A stretch of 61,826 bases of DNA, the filler included, from Rhabdomonas costata (lineage: Eukaryota): assembly GCA_019059605.1 (NCBI GenBank). It is 28 parts of 28 records of this genome, joined end to end, with 100 filler letters (N's around TTAATTAATTAA, not from the genome) between each part and the next. Parts side by side here need not be neighbours in the genome. Positions count along the whole stretch, not along the records: positions 22,126 to 24,237 come from JAHMHO010005550.1; positions 24,338 to 26,449 come from JAHMHO010005551.1; positions 26,550 to 28,661 come from JAHMHO010005552.1; positions 28,762 to 30,868 come from JAHMHO010005554.1; positions 30,969 to 33,079 come from JAHMHO010005555.1; positions 33,180 to 35,291 come from JAHMHO010005556.1; positions 35,392 to 37,501 come from JAHMHO010005557.1; 21 more parts are not named here. One strand, 5' to 3'. A model generated the notes under the pieces. It saw only the letters and a program-made list of their open reading frames with translations, did no database searches and was not told the DNA's origin. The position numbers were made by a program, and so were the translations under genes. Below are positions 23,872 to 37,501 of the stretch, one piece after another; within the stretch, counting starts at the first letter, position 1; every line of letters starts with the position of its first letter.

Positions 23872-26682
23872 TCTGCGGAAAGCGCAAACAAGTAATTGAC
23901 GATTTGCAGCATAATTGAAACGAACAGTTCGCAGCACAAAAGTTTGTTCAGGCACCTGAACGGGCTGCGGTTTTCCCCCGTTTGGAATTGCAGCTGGGGT
24001 TTCAGCTTTGCTCTCTTGAGAAGCCTCCATTTCAGCAAAGCGTGAGCTCTTTCTAAGCTTAAGAGGAAAAAGCTGCTTACAGGCATGAGAAAAAAGCTCA
24101 AGTCCAATTTTGATGCCAAACTGAATCGAGACATTTTTTTGGTTTGACTGGGCATCGACACCACTTTTTTTCTCGGTCTTCCGTCTGTTCTAACAGGTGC
24201 GCGTGCTGCCAGTGGTGTTACAGTCCCGCAATTCACANNNNNNNNNNNNNNNNNNNNNNNNNNNNNNNNNNNNNNNNNNNNTTAATTAATTAANNNNNNN
24301 NNNNNNNNNNNNNNNNNNNNNNNNNNNNNNNNNNNNNGGGGTTGGGTGGAGCACCCGACGGGGAGGAAGAGCCCGGGGAGGTTTCCTAAGTATTCTCTTC
24401 ATTGGCCTCTTCGGCGGGGGTTGTGTGCGTTCTTGTTTTTTTTTTCATCGCCTTCCAGATTGCCTTGTGATTCTGTGCCTGAACCTTTTGCCAAACGAAG
24501 CGGTGACTCTTCGCACTGCCCCAGCGCTCGTTATTTTTGTCCATTGGCAATCACATAAGCAAACGTGTCTTGTTTTCTTGCTGTGCTGTTGTTTCGTTTC
24601 TTTCATTTGACGTCCTGTAGAGCTCCTGCCCAAGCACACAGCTGCAGTTCCGCCCCCTTGGTCCGCGATCTTACGCTCGTCAGGGCGAGTCACTGGAACT
24701 CAGTGCACTTGGCGACCCTTAGAGCCTTGTACTGCAATCCCATACCCAGGGGACAGGGAAAAAGAGAAGAGGGATTCATGTCCCCTTGGGCATTCAACCC
24801 ACTTATCCAGACTTTGCTCTGCTGCTTTTTTGCAGTGGTGGTGATTCAGAGGGCTTCAAAAGAAACAGTGGGGAGGGTGGCTACCGTGCATTGTTTCCGA
24901 GGGAGTCTCACAAAGAGCATATGGCTGGCTCAGGGTCACACACACACTGTGTGCTGTGTTCGCGGGAACTTCGAAAGGTGCCCCGTCGTGTCGTGTCCCT
25001 GGAACGCTTCGCCTCCTCGGCGCATCGGATCGCGAGGGCGGTGCAGCCTGTCGTGGCCCTGGCCCCCCCTGCGGTGATCCAAGTCCACCGCAGCGGTTAA
25101 GAAGAAGAGGAGCTGTTCGCGGGCAGGCAAAGCTTCCCACCCCTTCCGCTCGGGGGCTCCTCCTTCCCGCCCTTCCATCGCATATGCTTCCCCGTGCACC
25201 ACAGCATCCGGTTGGCTAGTGATACGGGAATTCCTTTCTTTGCGATTCCTGGGAACTGGTTGTGATTCGCCCTTGCACCTCCCCAAGGTAAGCTATAAAC
25301 CCAAACATTCCATGGCTACTCCAGCACTCACATGAAAGTACCTCACGGCCTCCACCCGAAAACTTTTAGCGGTATCTGTTTTGCATGTTTTGTAATGGAG
25401 TTGAATGGTGGTAAGTGAAATTTTGGACACCACCCTGAGGCTTTGTATGGTTACCGCTGATCCTTTGCGCTGATTATTTGCATCATGTGGTGTAGTTTCA
25501 CAAAGTAACATTCCCTTCTTGGTTTTTTCAGAAGCAGACCTGCATGCAAAAAGATCTAGACACCGCCTTATGTGAATGGAGGGCTCATTTGAAACGTTCG
25601 AAAAACGGCCCCACAGCCGCTGTTCCCCAAGACGGGCGGTGGAATATGAAAAGTGGGTTTGGTGTGCTCACTCAGTTTAAGCGAGCAGAAAACAGTCATG
25701 GGGTGGGCAATGGGGAAACCATTATGCTGCCTTTTTCTCTTCCTCTGTCCCTCTTCCTGTGCACAGAGATGCAGCCCGTTGTCCGCCGGCCTCCAAGGGA
25801 AGTGATTGTGTGGGTTCGCGTGTTCGAAGTTTCTCACTCCCAACCCCACTGGGAAGTGGAACTAAGAGCACCCCCGCTCCCCACCTGTTGTTGTGTGCGT
25901 GTGGGTGCATCCCGCAACCACACGCACACATATATATACCTGCACGCACTCGCTTTGACCTACACAACATATTTTCTCTCTGTGTTTCTTTTGTTTTTGT
26001 TGAGCATGCATCGATGTGATCATGTCAGGCCGTCTCACTCGCTCCATGCACGCATCTGAACTTTTGAGGTATACAGACGAATTTGCCCTTGCCATTTGGC
26101 TTGTCTTCCCGCTTTTGCCAGCGCCCGATAGGGGATGCAAAAAAAAGACACGTGAAAACCAGAGATAGTCCTGCAAAGTTACTAGGAACGCAGGCGGGCC
26201 CCACACCAAGGCCCACTTCAATTGCAAATGAACGTTGATTGGGCACGCGTCCAGACAAATTAGTATTTTTTGGACCCCAAAAAGTACCAAAACCAGCCCA
26301 GTTCAGCACGCGAATACAGTGCGTCGGGCTCCACCATTAAGGTAAACGCCAAGAGACCAGGATGGAAGTTGGAGCATGGCTTGCAGGCATGGAACGCACG
26401 AGAGAATGCGGTTGCATTCCCCTTCCCCTTCCCCCTCCCATCCCCAAAANNNNNNNNNNNNNNNNNNNNNNNNNNNNNNNNNNNNNNNNNNNNTTAATTA
26501 ATTAANNNNNNNNNNNNNNNNNNNNNNNNNNNNNNNNNNNNNNNNNNNNTATGCACCTCTGTGACATGCCCTGACGAGAATGTTTGCTAAACCTCATTTG
26601 GGAAAGTCCAGGATTGCTCCCTTTGCACCGCAGGGAGGTGTTGTTAGTGATCTGCAGAGAAATACACACATTCGCAAACCAA

Positions 26683-28480
26683 CGTGCAGCCACCGAGCCT
26701 TCGCTGCTTTGTAGGTCGAGGGTGTGCAAAGCGGAAGGGATGGGTGCGGCCCTGGCACGGCCTGCCGCACGGCTGGGCCTACGGAGTGAGGCACACGGAA
26801 CAGCAGCTGGCCCACATAGGGGACAGCCCGGGCCAAGACGTCCAAAGTGGCCCAGGACAGGAAGATCTCCAGGACGTGTGTCCCAGGATCCGTGGGACGG
26901 AACCTCCCTGCGCCGTCACGCAACAGCAGAACCAGCTCAGTGTTTATCCCTAACACATATCAAGCAAAAAAATGCAAAACAAAATATTCTTATCCTTTTT
27001 CCTGGTGAGGTGCGGTTTATGTCGCACGTGGGCTTGGTTTTCATGCAGTTAAGACACGCACGATATGCTGTGCAGAAGTGCAATGTGAGTGACCATACCG
27101 GTTGTCCGGGAGTTTCTGAACGTTTATTTTTTGGCTCCTAAAATTGCACGGACCAAACCAAACCTTAGTTTGCCACCCTGAAGTGTGGGCAGACCTGGGA
27201 GTTTATGCTTGGATTAAAGGCAGGGTTTGTTCTTCTGTGCTCTCAGAATTGTTTTTTTGTTTTTCGGACCAATTTGTCAGTTGGCTGAATGGCTTGGAGC
27301 CTAAAAGACCATTAACGCGGTTGAGTTTTACCGAGAAAGCACCGCTGTGGCGGCAAAACGTGATTTTTACTGTGAGCTCGGCCGAAGAGCAGCGCCTGAA
27401 TGCCGGACCCTCCTGGGGTGGGGGCAGACTTTGAGGGGCGAGAGTGGCCAGTGTGGCTGCTCACAATCCGCGGCCAAGACTTTCACAGCCGCAATAAGGG
27501 GCGAGGCATGGAGAACGGCGCACCTCTCCGGTAACTGACGTTACGCATTGAAGGTGAACCTGTTGGCTAGATGCAGCCTACTGTGAGTTTCCCTGTACTT
27601 GTACTTGTCTTGCGCTCCTCCAGGATGGCGCTGCTACCATGCCCCAGTGACACAGCTTCCAGGTGGAAGTAGCACGAATGCAAAACTTTGGAGACCAACG
27701 GAGGGAGAATAACGATATTTGGGGCTGATGAATAAACGCCCAAATACTGGCAGACACCCGATATATAAGAACAAAGACACGAGCATGGTTACTTCGGCGC
27801 TGCTGTTCCTGCTGAACCGAAGTCATCCCGCTGTACAGTTTCATGTAATACGCGATTGGTGGTGGGAGAGTGATTTGGGGTGCTGCTTGTGCCACTTGAC
27901 GCCATGGGATTAAACCTGAGATGCGGTATACCTGGGGCTTGATATGGTCCCACAGTTGAAAAATATCTATCAATGAAGAGTAAGTCTGGGAACCGATGCG
28001 GCCACAATACATATCGTGGAGTGCCTTTGAAACATTCCCATTGTTCGGACCCCCCTAACTGGCAGTTCAGCTTTTTGTGAGGTGAAATTGGAAGTGGACC
28101 TCATCGGTGAACAAACAAAACACAAAAGAGGAAGGAAGAACGAAGAAGGCTTTTTTCACACCCACCGGCCCAGGCACTCGAGTTCAGCTGGTGCAGCCGC
28201 ACAACCACAATGGAAACCCCGTACAGCCTGCCTAGGAGAACAGGGCGAAACCACTGCCCCAGTGCGGCCCCAGATTTCACCGCGGCGGTCATCGTAAACT
28301 CCGAGGGCTCCGCAGCGACGGAGGTCAGGGCACCGCTGCCGTGCAGATGGAAACTCACTACAGAGTCGTGGAGAGTTAGGACGTCTCCATACCGCTGGTA
28401 GAAGCATTCCTGCAGTGGAGCCACAGAATATTTGGCCACCGCATTGCCGACACTCCTTACCCCCGATATCCCAGCCAACC
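26683..28480 (-). CDS. Secretory protein fragment with Ig-like region then LPLC...RW, possibly NXPE/PC-esterase-like
   Basis: Exons ~28480-28232 (YGDVLTLHDSVVSFHLHG) and ~26907-26683 (RFRPTDPGTHVLEIFL...SLPLCTPSTYKAAKARW); family call is tentative. Confidence 0.4.
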
Positions 28481-28887
28481 CGCCACATCTCACTTCACGA
28501 CCGCCCGCTCCAAAACTCTCAGCACACGCTGCACCCCTCGTCCCCTCCTCTTATTCGCCCCAGCATCTCAGTTTCCTCAATTTCCCCAGCATAGCAACAT
28601 CAATTTACCAAACTATTCAACCGAAAAGACCTGCAGAATGATAGTTAGGGAAAGGGATAGTNNNNNNNNNNNNNNNNNNNNNNNNNNNNNNNNNNNNNNN
28701 NNNNNTTAATTAATTAANNNNNNNNNNNNNNNNNNNNNNNNNNNNNNNNNNNNNNNNNNNNGGGTGTTGGGAGGGAGGCGGTTTTCCTGTGAAAGTTGCC
28801 AGTGGCCTCTTGGTCCATGAGGTGCCACGCAATTCGGCATATTGGGGGGCATGTTGCAGTGATCTCGTTTTCCTTTCGCTCTCGCAG

Positions 28888-30074
28888 GCCGTCTCCCCCT
28901 TTGCACGGTACACCCCGTGCCTCCCTGGTTCCCCATCCTTGCTCCACCTCAACCACGACCTTTTTCTGCGTTGACCCGCCCTCACCGCCGCCCCGTCAAT
29001 CAGGTTATGCCGTGGCGTCTGGCACCGCCCCTCTCGCGCCTGCTCCTGGCGGCGCCACGGCTGCCCTTCCGGCGCAACGACAGAACACAGCACGAGGACG
29101 AGCAGGGCTGTCTTCAAATGCCCGTATCCTCGTGCAAGCCTCCCCGTGGAAGGCATGTTTATGGGAACACCGTTTTTGGAAGTAAAAAGCTGACTTTTGG
29201 TTCCACAGCAATGTTGCGGCAAAATTGGGGCTGCAGGGTGCCGAAAAGGCGTCAGTCAGCAGAAAGGTGCACGCAAAGAAAAGGAAACAAGAGAGAATGA
29301 GGAGCGCTTTATCAGAGGGACAGGGGACGTGGAAAAGAAAGCAAGATCGATCGGGGGATGGGGGTTGGAGAGGAGGGATTATACTGTCCATCCCTGTGCC
29401 TGTGTGGACGTTCCAACCTTTTTTTTCGATCCAAATGGGATTCAAATTTTTGTTCTTCCCCTATTCTGTCACCTTTTCTCTCGTGCCTCCAGCAGGTGCC
29501 AACTGCCGGGCCCTCGCTTCCTGGGCGGGCTTTACCGCCCCCCGCTGTACTCCCGTGCAAGCGCCCATACTCCGCACCAGACGGCACTCCATCATCGGTC
29601 TCACCTCGAGTACCCTGCCCCCCGCACCTGGGGCCGTCCCCTAAGGCACATGCCCCTTCTACAGCCCCTGCTCAACGCGCTGCCCCACTTTTGTCATCGC
29701 ATTCTTTAACAGCGGGACCCTCGCCCATCAGAATTCTGAACCAAAATGTCAGTGCCGAAGCGTGGTTGTTAAGGCAGTCGCACCTCGGTAGCGGCATTGG
29801 TGGTCCACTGGGAACCAGTGGGGCTCTGGCGGGCCCCTCTGCTGCGCCACCCGTGCCCGCTTCCTCTCACGCTGCGCATCTGCGCACCAACGCAGCGTTT
29901 TCCTCTGGACGAGCAGCAGCAGCAGCAGCAGCTCCCAGTTACCGTGGGTCTGCTGTCCCTACCTCGGGACCTGACCTCCGCGTGGCTGCTTCCTCAGGCA
30001 CTGCACGCAGCACGGGCGCTAAGCGAGGAAGACCCTCAGAAATTGTTTACATTGATCTTGACCAGGAGGACTGA
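28888..30074 (+). CDS. 3' part of a disordered Pro/Ala-rich protein ending in KRGRP and a SIM-like IVYIDLDQED*
   Basis: Exons 28888-29152 and ~29496-30074; basic NLS-like motif plus hydrophobic-acidic tail. Confidence 0.5.
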
Positions 30075-30968
30075 ATGGTTCGCACCAAAACCGCTTTGTG
30101 TGGCAGATGGGGTTGGCTACGATGGGGTGAGGGTAAAGGCACCTTCTTCCCTCAACTTGTCATCTCCTTGTGGCCATTGTTGCTGCCACAGGTGGTCTGG
30201 TCTGGCATTTCAGCAACAGAAAATGGCACATGGCATGCGTATGGATGTGGTGTGTGGCCCCTATTCTCTCCCTGTTCCGAGAATACTCCCCCCATGGAAC
30301 GGCTCCACTCAGATTTGGCCCTGAGATGGGCGAAGGTGTAGCTACCTGGTAAGTGTCCAAAATTCTACCAAAGTTGTGTTTCTCTGTGCCTACTTAGCAC
30401 CTGTGACATCCTTCTTCCCATGGTCGCAACATGGATTTGCATGTACCCATCACTTTTTGTAGGTTTTAGCTCCTTTCTCATCTCTGTCTCTCCACCTCTT
30501 CTATCTTGAGTCAGAAGCGAGAAGGACGAGCAGAAGAATCGCCAATTCCGTCCAGACCAATTGGCAAAGATCGAGTGGCCATGGCGACCAAAAACCGACC
30601 AAGGGGAACGTTCTCCTGAGACTTCTTCTCTCTCTGTCTTTGTCTCCCCACCGCTTTCTCACTCCCGGGTTCGACCGTCGCCCTGCACCTCGCACACCTC
30701 GGCTTGGAGCCCGCAGAACCCGTGCAGATCCCGACCGATTCTCCTTTTTGGGACGGCAAGGGAAACCCGAAGGACCGAGAAAGGCATGGCCGTGCGGGGT
30801 CAGCACGCCCCTGATGAGGTTTTCGAGGGGTCACAGTCCGACGAAAACGGAGTACACCGCAGAACGAGNNNNNNNNNNNNNNNNNNNNNNNNNNNNNNNN
30901 NNNNNNNNNNNNTTAATTAATTAANNNNNNNNNNNNNNNNNNNNNNNNNNNNNNNNNNNNNNNNNNNN

Positions 30969-31825
30969 CACTGTTCTCCGTGCTGCTTCAGTTCCGGTGC
31001 ACTAATTGTGCCAGGATCGGGGGGTGGGGTGGGGGTGAATTGAACCTCCTCCCAGACCGCCAACCCGAACCCTGACAAAAGAGCCAACATGCTCAGAGTG
31101 CAGTCGATCCCCCAAAGCACGCGGCGGTCCAGCGCTGCCAGCTGTCTGGTGATACTTGTGGGGAGGCCTCGGGCGTAGTCCAGCGCGGCGCTCAGCATGG
31201 CGGGGCGGAACAGTGAGCCCCCAGGTCCAGAGAAGAATGGTAGCAAGGGCCGAGGGACAGAGGCAGGCGCCTCGTGGTCAAGAATGGCTAAAACCTCAGG
31301 AGACCTGAACCAGGGAATGCACCAATGAAACAAAGTTGAGGCCGAAACGCAAACTTATGCAAAACCACAAGGGTCCACGCTTAAGGAAACTGCGACGTGA
31401 TGCAGACCAACCCTGGTGTGCCCAAGTCGCGATTCCGAACAATCCCATCCTATCAATAAACTAAATTATTTTGGCACATTACTCAAAAAGGCGAAAGCCG
31501 AGCAGAAATTCCTTTCCCGTGCGGATAATACCACGCCGAGAGGTTACCAATAACGGCGGTGTTGTTCACGCCTGCTATTCCGACCGCTGGATTACCAGGC
31601 AGCGTGCGGTGGTGTTGCTGGAGCCAGACGTCGTCCTCCGTGAGCAGCAGCCAGGCACAGCCTGAGAGGCTACCGGCCTCCGCGAAGTGCCCAAGCCAGT
31701 TCTTCAGAAAACGCGGGTTGTGGCGGTCGAGGTAGACCGACCCATAAAGCGCCCGCCGGCCGGCAACAAGGTTCCGGCGAATGTACCGTTGCACGGAGTA
31801 CTTTTCGGCAAAGAGGGAGAGATCT
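30969..31825 (-). CDS. GT-A-fold glycosyltransferase-like protein fragment (exons 31825-31532, 31304-30969)
   Basis: WLLLTEDDVWL (DxD-type motif), FFSGPGGSLF, WGIDCTLSMLALLSG; phase-2 GT-AG intron restores a Trp codon. Confidence 0.55.
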
Positions 31826-34144
31826 CTGCACAACGCAGGAGTTTATCCGAGTGAGCATGTGAGTGCGCTTGCAATCCCGAAAGATGACAAGGAAGTGGTA
31901 GGCGGGGAGTACAACGCCTTCGTAGTTACATTTGCTAGAAGGAATGAGCACCCAGTGGTAGTATGCTAGGGACAGCTTTTCTTTTCACGGGTCCTTTCTG
32001 GCGCTTTCTGGCTTTCTTCTTTCAGTCCTCCGTCCCCCAAACCCTAAAAATTGAAGTGCTCCGGGCACAGATTCGTTGATGACTTGTCCATCCTCTGCCG
32101 ACGATAGACAGTAGACACAAACAACGAAAGGCCACGCCTTCCACAGGTGGACAGTAAGTAGACGAAGGAGCTGGGGTAAAACTGGCGTAGCCTCCGAAAC
32201 ACTTCGGTCATCGCCACCGGATGCTGCCCACAGCTATAGTAAAAGAAGCCCAGATCCTTCGGCCACGGCGGAGTGGCCTCATCCTGCGCAGACCCGGAGG
32301 TCAGGGGGATGGTGTTGAGCGGACACTGCCTGTCCGTGGGCAGGCATTTTATACAATCTTTACAGAAATTTATGACCTCACCATTTCAAAGTTTCATTCC
32401 AACGTGAGAAAACAAAAAGTCCTGCTTACAGGTTTCCAAGTCCTGTTTAAGTGAAGATTACTCGGCAAAATTTCACTCCTTATTTTCCAAGGAGCCAGAA
32501 GAGGCATAAAGCAAAAAGCGGCGATTATTTGGATGACCAAAGGGAGCAGACAGTAAAAGTCAGTAGTTAAAAATGCATCGATTCTTCGCGAGAGGATTTC
32601 GCCTCCCGTAGTTAAGAATTTGGGTCCCTGACTTGTTTTTGTTTTGACTCCTCAAGTGAGGCGCTCCCAGTTCAATAGAGCATTGCATCTCCACTGAATC
32701 CCAAAGTTGCGGAAACACCGTAAAAACTCCACCCATCAATCTTTCCTCGTACCGGTTACTTTGGTCACCACTATGAAGTGAGCAGTGTAGAGAGTATGGC
32801 CGCTTCAAAATATTTATTAATTCCTGAAAACACAAACAAGAGTGCGAAAAAGTCCACTTTTCCACTTCTGGTGGGTAGTTCTTATTATTACTTCTGCTAG
32901 GCTTCGCGAGTGTGAATCGGAACGAGTAATTACAAGATGGGGGGGGGGATGTGTCACGCTTCACACATGATAAATAACCCACGAAGAAAGATCAGCCCCC
33001 CCCCCCGCCATTCACCTCTACAAACACCAATAAATAAAAAATTCGCACGTTCAGGAAAAAAAGGGGGAGGGGGCAAAACNNNNNNNNNNNNNNNNNNNNN
33101 NNNNNNNNNNNNNNNNNNNNNNNTTAATTAATTAANNNNNNNNNNNNNNNNNNNNNNNNNNNNNNNNNNNNNNNNNNNNGTTGGGTGGTTTAAGAAGCAA
33201 CCCTGTTCTCCGAAAAGCGAAAGAAAGAAGAAAGAAGAAAGAAAGAGGTGAGGTGAGGTGAGAAAAGAGGGTGAAACACACAAACAGGGTGGGGTGGGGT
33301 GTACAGGCAGGGGTATGATGAATAACAACACAGAGCAAAATGAAAGAGACGGGATCTGTTCACAGTGGAAAAAGTTGAGAAGGGCATGATAACCAGAGAA
33401 GGTCCTGCGTCCACCTCTTCTTGTTCTGGTGAGCGATCCTCGATCCCTGTTTGAGACCCACCTTCAAAAAATACAAAGACGTAAAATCATTTTCCTATTG
33501 ATTGGAAACGTCACCCAAATTGCTAGATATTTCATTGCCCGCTCCATTGCAGGTCAACGACAAATATGGTTGTGGTACCGATGGTTACAGTTATAACCCC
33601 TCCTCATTGTCTTCCGCATGGATGAGTCGGGAGTGACTTCGGGTCCCATTGGAGTCAAAAGTCACTTTCACTCCACTGCGCGATTTTCATCACTAGGATG
33701 GATTGAGATAACGCGGAAATTATATTGGCAGAGGATCTTCGAAGACCAAAAACGAACTCACACGTGAATTCGTCCTCGTGTGCGAAGGTTCATTTGTCGC
33801 AGAGGAGAAATGGAACCCGAGGATCCTTCTTCGCACACTTTGTGCGCACTTTCTAATAGTGCCGCCTTGCGTACAGCACTGTAATCACAAAGAACAACTC
33901 AGCACAACGCACATTACAGAACTCGTTGAGCCCCAACCTACCTGATCCTTGAGGGCAGCACGGCCAGTCCCCCCCCCAAAAAAACAAATCGTTGCCCCCG
34001 AGAGGGTTCAGCAATATGACAACTAAAGCACTCCCCCAGGCAGGACTTCTTGGACCAAGAATCCCAAAAGGATTCTCAGCCTCTTGAAATCCTTCGGGTT
34101 CCGGATATAACAAAGCTTTGTTCTAAATCGCTCAGGAAACGTCC

Positions 34145-34924
34145 TCACTTCCCCAAATGGGCCTTACCAGCGGGCTCGTCTGGCCCCAGAAGCTTCATAG
34201 TGAGCTCGTACGCCGTGAACCCCAACGCGGCAGAGGGAAACCCGTGCAACGCGGCTGTGCCGACGCCCCGGTACAGGCCTCGCAGTCCCCCTGCCTGGAG
34301 GGCCTCTCTCAGGCACTCCCCAGCAGTCTTAGTGCTCGTCTGCATTCGGGCTTTTAGAACGTCCACGGGAAACACGGCAACCTCGGACAGGGAACCGGCC
34401 AGCCCCCCCGCGAGGACCTGAATTGCCAATTGGATGTCAGAGTTGCATGGGGTTGCATACCCCCCCACGCCACATCCCCTTTGATGGAGATAAAATTCTC
34501 AAGGAAGGATGACTCCAAATCCTGCTGAAATCTTCTTTTTCCTCTTCTTTCTTCTGGGCGGCGGCCCGAAGCTGGGGAAGTATGGCACGGTGAACCCAAA
34601 GTGGAGCGGACAGCAGGAGCAGCCGACCTTTTCCATTTCAAGACGGCACGTAAAACAAAGACGGAATATACCACAGAGACAAAGCTTCCGCCGCCGTGCT
34701 CCCCGCCGCCGGAGTGGGACACCTCCTGCGGGGAGCCCACCCACACGTTGACCTGCCTCTTTACTACCTCGTACACGGTGAAGAAGATCGCGTACAGCGG
34801 AGTCTCCTTCAGCAGAGTCAGCCCCAGCCCACGGTACACCCCCAGAGGGCCGTGGGCCTGCACAACCTCGCGCGCAACCCCGAAAGGGGTCACCTTCTTT
34901 GCCACGCCTTTCGAGCCCGAAGGG
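34145..34924 (-). CDS. Mitochondrial carrier (SLC25), carnitine/basic amino acid carrier-like, 3' exons 34924-34672 and 34417-34145
   Basis: GVYRGLGLTLLKETP; AGGLAG...FPVDVLKARMQ (Px[D/E]xx[K/R] signature); GLYRG; stop TGA. Confidence 0.93.
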
Positions 34925-36149
34925 CTATGGGAATCAAGGAAAGGCAGCAAATGAGAGTCTTTTTGCCATACCCATGCCTTCAGACATATAGTACCTGGTG
35001 TTTTCGCTCAGTATTCGCTCACTCGATGGCAGTGCCGCATTTATGGTGCCAAGACGTAGTTACTGAGCGTAATCGTAATCATTTTTTCGGTGGGCCCACC
35101 TCTCAGACAGCATCCCCCTCTTCGTGGGCCTCTGGTGGTCAGCCGGGCAGCCGTTTTGTTTGTTATTTGCCCCCCACCTCTTTGCCTATTCTTCCTCAAC
35201 TACGAACATGTGCATTTGACTCGTCTTCCGACCTGATTTCAGCACTTAGCCTCTCCACGGCCCTGACCGAATTTGACTTCCACTCCACCCCNNNNNNNNN
35301 NNNNNNNNNNNNNNNNNNNNNNNNNNNNNNNNNNNTTAATTAATTAANNNNNNNNNNNNNNNNNNNNNNNNNNNNNNNNNNNNNNNNNNNNGGGTTTTGT
35401 GTGGATGGGAGTTTTTGTCTAGCAAAAGGGGTTTCCAATTAGATTCCTGAAGTTTTGGTCTATTGCGGTAGCAAATTTCAAAACAAGCCGGTATTGTCAA
35501 GTGACGAAATGGTACGCGTGGGAAAAGCTGTACACAAGGAAACAAAAGCAGGAATAAAAGAACGAAAAAGCAACTGGTGTTGTGCAGGTAAAAGACCGTA
35601 GCAATTGTCAAGAGGTAATGGTAAGAACGGTCATTTGGCCAAAAAGGGAATTTTCTAGGGAGTAAATGTTGTGGGAGAAGGATCTGTTTCTGATATTAGA
35701 AGGACGGCTACCCTCCTCAAAAATGTAGCGTGCGATTAATGTCAGAAACTGTGTGTGTTAGTGTATGTCAAATTGTATCCTTTAGTTGGAGAAAAAGGTG
35801 CAGCAAGTGGTGCAGTGGTCGCGTGCATTGATTATTTCTGTAAATGTGTGTGCTCTGGTATTCTTGAGTATCATGGGCATCAGAGTTGTACGAACGCAAA
35901 GAGCTGACTGGAGGGCGGTGGTACTTCCTGCTGCGGCGTGAAGGGGCTGCTGCTTGGTGGAAGGTTGGTCGTTGTTGGAAGCACTCTGTCTCGTACAAAA
36001 AGCAAAGATGTGACAAGAAAGACAATCAAAGAAACAAACTAGCGTAAGGGTGGTGAAGCAGTGGCATTGAGTGCATGAAAACACAAATGAGAATAAAGAT
36101 GGTAGCACGAAGAAGAGCACGAGAAAAAAACAGGGTCGTCACCGTGTGT

Positions 36150-37501
36150 GTGATGGCGCTGAACGTATTACCATCTCACGAGGTAAAACTGTATACTACC
36201 ATTCTACTAGGTACCTGTTCACATCCCCCAGGTCCGGTAATGCATATTGTTCTGTTGGGACAGGTCACGTTACACGGTGTGGCGGCTTTTTATTCAGAAA
36301 GCCTTGAAAAGGTGACTTTACCAGCTTTCACGATACTGGTAATACAAAATTTTACCACGGGTAGTAAGACTAGTTTCTGGGTTTATCCGTTCATGAACCA
36401 CTTGATCTGCTGATGATAGCATGTAGTTTGTATGCTGTGCACGAAAGTGCACTACAGGTGGTAATACGAGAGGCACAAAATTGCAAAGAAGCATCTTGAG
36501 ACAACAAGAAAAGAGTAAACAGTTACAGGCTGAGTTGTAGTGTGTATGTATTGGCAAAGTGACGAGCTGGCATTGTGCAAAATGTGGTGGTGATGATGAT
36601 TTGGTGGAGTGTAAATGGAGAGCAATTTGGAGTCTCCTACACCAAGGTCAAGCTAACTACACTAGGCGGTAGGTGAGCACGGTGGACACAACAGAGGTTT
36701 TCAGTCCGTTAGTGCGGTAGTGTTGCCATGACAGTTACTGATGTTGTTGGTTTTCGAGGGCGTTAGCAAACCAAGCGGAAAAGAAAACCTTTAGTTGCGC
36801 ATGAAAGAAGAGAAAGAATGGTACGCTAATTTGCGCAGCTGCTGCCAGATGAAGTCGTTGGGTCTATAGGTTGCATGAAAGCAATAATCTGAACAAAAGA
36901 AAAAGCAATCAAAAGTTCTGAGACAACTCACCTTTGACAAAGAGAAAAACGCGCACCAACGAGGTGGTTATTGTAAACATCCAGACGTGGCGACGTACAT
37001 GGGTTTAGACAAGGCTTGACGGTTGACTGTGATAGCTTCTAGAGTTTTCCTTAATGACTCCCGATGCCAATCTGGTGTTACGAAAAGCACTCGTGCGCGG
37101 TATTTGCAGATGTGATGCAAAACAAGAGATATGAGTAACCATTAGCGCAAAGAGCGACGGCAGGGTCCAAGTAGAAATTAAAGGCATTTAAACCCGTAGC
37201 ACTTATGTCAGTTTCATCAGGGGAAAAGTAGGATTAAAGTTGATGGTGTGCCGAAAAATCGAAAGGTCAACTTTTGGAACAAAGGAGAAATTTTGACAGA
37301 TGAAATGAAAATGGAGGGGGCTAACATGACATCCTCTTCTGGATGAAAACGGCAATGGAATGCGGTAGGTTAATTGCGATCGAGAATAACAGCCGCGAGA
37401 GGTAGTTCCATGAAAGAAACCGGAAGTGCGGGGTAATCGACTCGCGAGCTCCATCCAGAAAAAACTTTGTGCCATTGGCGACATCGTCAGCAGCTTTTCG
37501 A
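36150..37501 (-). mobile_element. Decayed DIRS-like (tyrosine recombinase) retrotransposon fragment: methyltransferase-like domain followed by YR remnant
   Basis: Across frameshifts and stops: FHFICQNFSFVPKVDL / AHHQL*SYFSPDETDISATGLNAFNF..LCAN / WLLISLVLHHICKYRARVLFVTPDW, matching the DIRS MT pattern (P.VDLFA..NHQL.YFS..D..A...NAF..ANPP..LI..VL..I...V..V.P.W). Downstream SRHTV*RD resembles the YR HxxRR box. Confidence 0.6.

Noticed and set aside
30811..30865. Hammerhead ribozyme core (CTGATGA...GAAA); also at ~16608
   Set aside because: Stems II and III do not pair properly and no correctly placed cleavage triplet is present.
36900..37400. Stop-codon reassignment (TAA/TAG read as Gln)
   Set aside because: The stops here come with frameshifts in a decayed element. 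Conserved genes have no in-frame stops and end in TGA (34145), TAA (47973) or TAG (40458).
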